Below are positions 62,965-64,000 of a stretch of DNA of 64,000 bases, in pieces (within the stretch, counting starts at the first letter, position 1; each line of letters starts with the position of its first letter). The stretch is from Okamejei kenojei. Lineage: Eukaryota. The position numbers and the translations under genes are program-made. The DNA is taken from the NCBI GenBank assembly GCA_035221665.1, contig CM069143.1:46128001-46192000 (forward strand), in the 5' to 3' direction. Below the pieces are notes generated by a model. It did not search any database. It had not been told where the DNA came from and saw only the letters and a list, made by a program, of their open reading frames with translations.

Positions 62965-64000
62965 TGCAGAGGGGGGGGGGGGGGGGAGGGGGGAGGGAGG
63001 GGAGGGAGGGGAGGGGGGGGGGGAGGAGAGGGGGGGTGAGGAGAGGGGGTGGGAGGAAGAGAGAGAGGGGGTAGGGGGGTGGGAGAGAGGGGGGGTGGGG
63101 AGAGGGGGGGAGAGAGATGGGAGAGAGGGGGGGAGAGAGGGGGGCGGAGAGGGGGGGAGAGAGAGGGGGGCAGGGGGGCGGAGAGGGGGGCGGAGAGGGG
63201 GGCAGAGGGGGGGGAGGGGGGGGGAGAGGGGGGCAGAGGGGGCGGAGAGGGGGGGGCGGAGGGGGGGGGGGCAGAGAGGGGGGGGCAGGAGAGGGGGGGG
63301 CAGAGAGGGGGGGGCAGAGAGGGGGGGGCAGAGAGAGGGGGGGGGCAGAGAGGGGGGGGGGGGGCAGAGAGGGGGGGGCAGAGAGGTGGGAGAGGGGGGG
63401 CAGAGAGGGGGGGGGCAGAGAGGGGGGGGGGGGGGGCAGAGAGGGGGGGGCAGAGAGGGGGGGGCAGAGAGGGGGGGGCAGAGGGGGGGGCAGAGAGGGG
63501 GGGGAGAGGGGGGGCAGAGAGGGGGGGGGGGGGGGGCAGATGAGAGGGGGGGCAGGGGGGGGGGCAGAGAGGGGGGGGGGGGGCAGAGAGGGGGGGGCAG
63601 AGAGGGGGGGGAGAAGTCAGAGAGGGGGCAGAGATGGGGGGGGGGCAAAGAGGGGGGGGCAGAGAGGGGGGGGCAGAGAGAGGGGGGGGGGGGGGGGGCA
63701 GAGAGGGGGGGGAGAGGCAGAGAGGTGAGGGGGGGTGGCAGAGAGGGGGGGGGAGCAGGGGGGGGGAGGGGGGGGGAGAGGGGGGGCAGAGAGGGGGGGG
63801 GCAGAGAGGGGGGGGCAGAGAGAAGGGGGGCAGGCAGAGAAAAAGGGGGGCCAGAGAGGGGGGGTGCAGAGAGGGGGGGCAGAGAGGGGGGGGGGGGGGG
63901 AGCAGAGGAGGGGGGGCGCAGAGAGGGGGGGGCAGAGAGGGGGGGGCAGAGAGGGGGGGAGAGGGGGGGGCAGAGAGGGGGGGGCAGAGAGGGGGGGGCA
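62965..64000 (+). repeat. G-rich minisatellite, unit about G6-8CAGAGA, runs off the window
   Basis: More than 1 kb of almost pure purines with dozens of GGGGGGGCAGAGA variants. Confidence 0.97.

Noticed and set aside
62929-63728. Pro-rich and Gly/Arg/Glu-rich ORFs
   Set aside because: Translation artefacts of the G-rich minisatellite.

Overview
Vertebrate genomic DNA, most likely from a cartilaginous fish (skate/ray-type repeats: HE1-like tRNA/V-SINEs, CR1, Rex1/Babar and Penelope elements). The only host gene I can support is apelin (apln, + strand), which the ORF track misses. Coding exon 1 (2218-2284, signal peptide) splices to exon 2 (12976-13141), giving a 75-aa preproapelin ending KYRRLRPRLSHKGPMPF. 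A probable non-coding exon 3 starts at 31465. The rest is intron or intergenic DNA rich in mobile elements: a near full-length CR1 LINE with an esterase ORF1 inserted in a SINE, a non-autonomous Helitron, a Passport-like Tc1 transposon, a possible Harbinger relic, Rex1 fragments, a structurally complete but decayed DIRS retrotransposon carrying a U2 snRNA fragment, Penelope fragments, short Penelope-tail elements with hammerhead-ribozyme cores and target-site duplications, and a terminal G-rich minisatellite. The most unusual signals are Leu at position 1 of apelin-13, sense-strand hammerhead mini-elements in the apelin introns, and a 326-bp intronic fold-back whose transition mismatches are all G-U wobbles on the transcribed strand. 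All calls were made by eye with no database search, and repeat boundaries are approximate unless stated.
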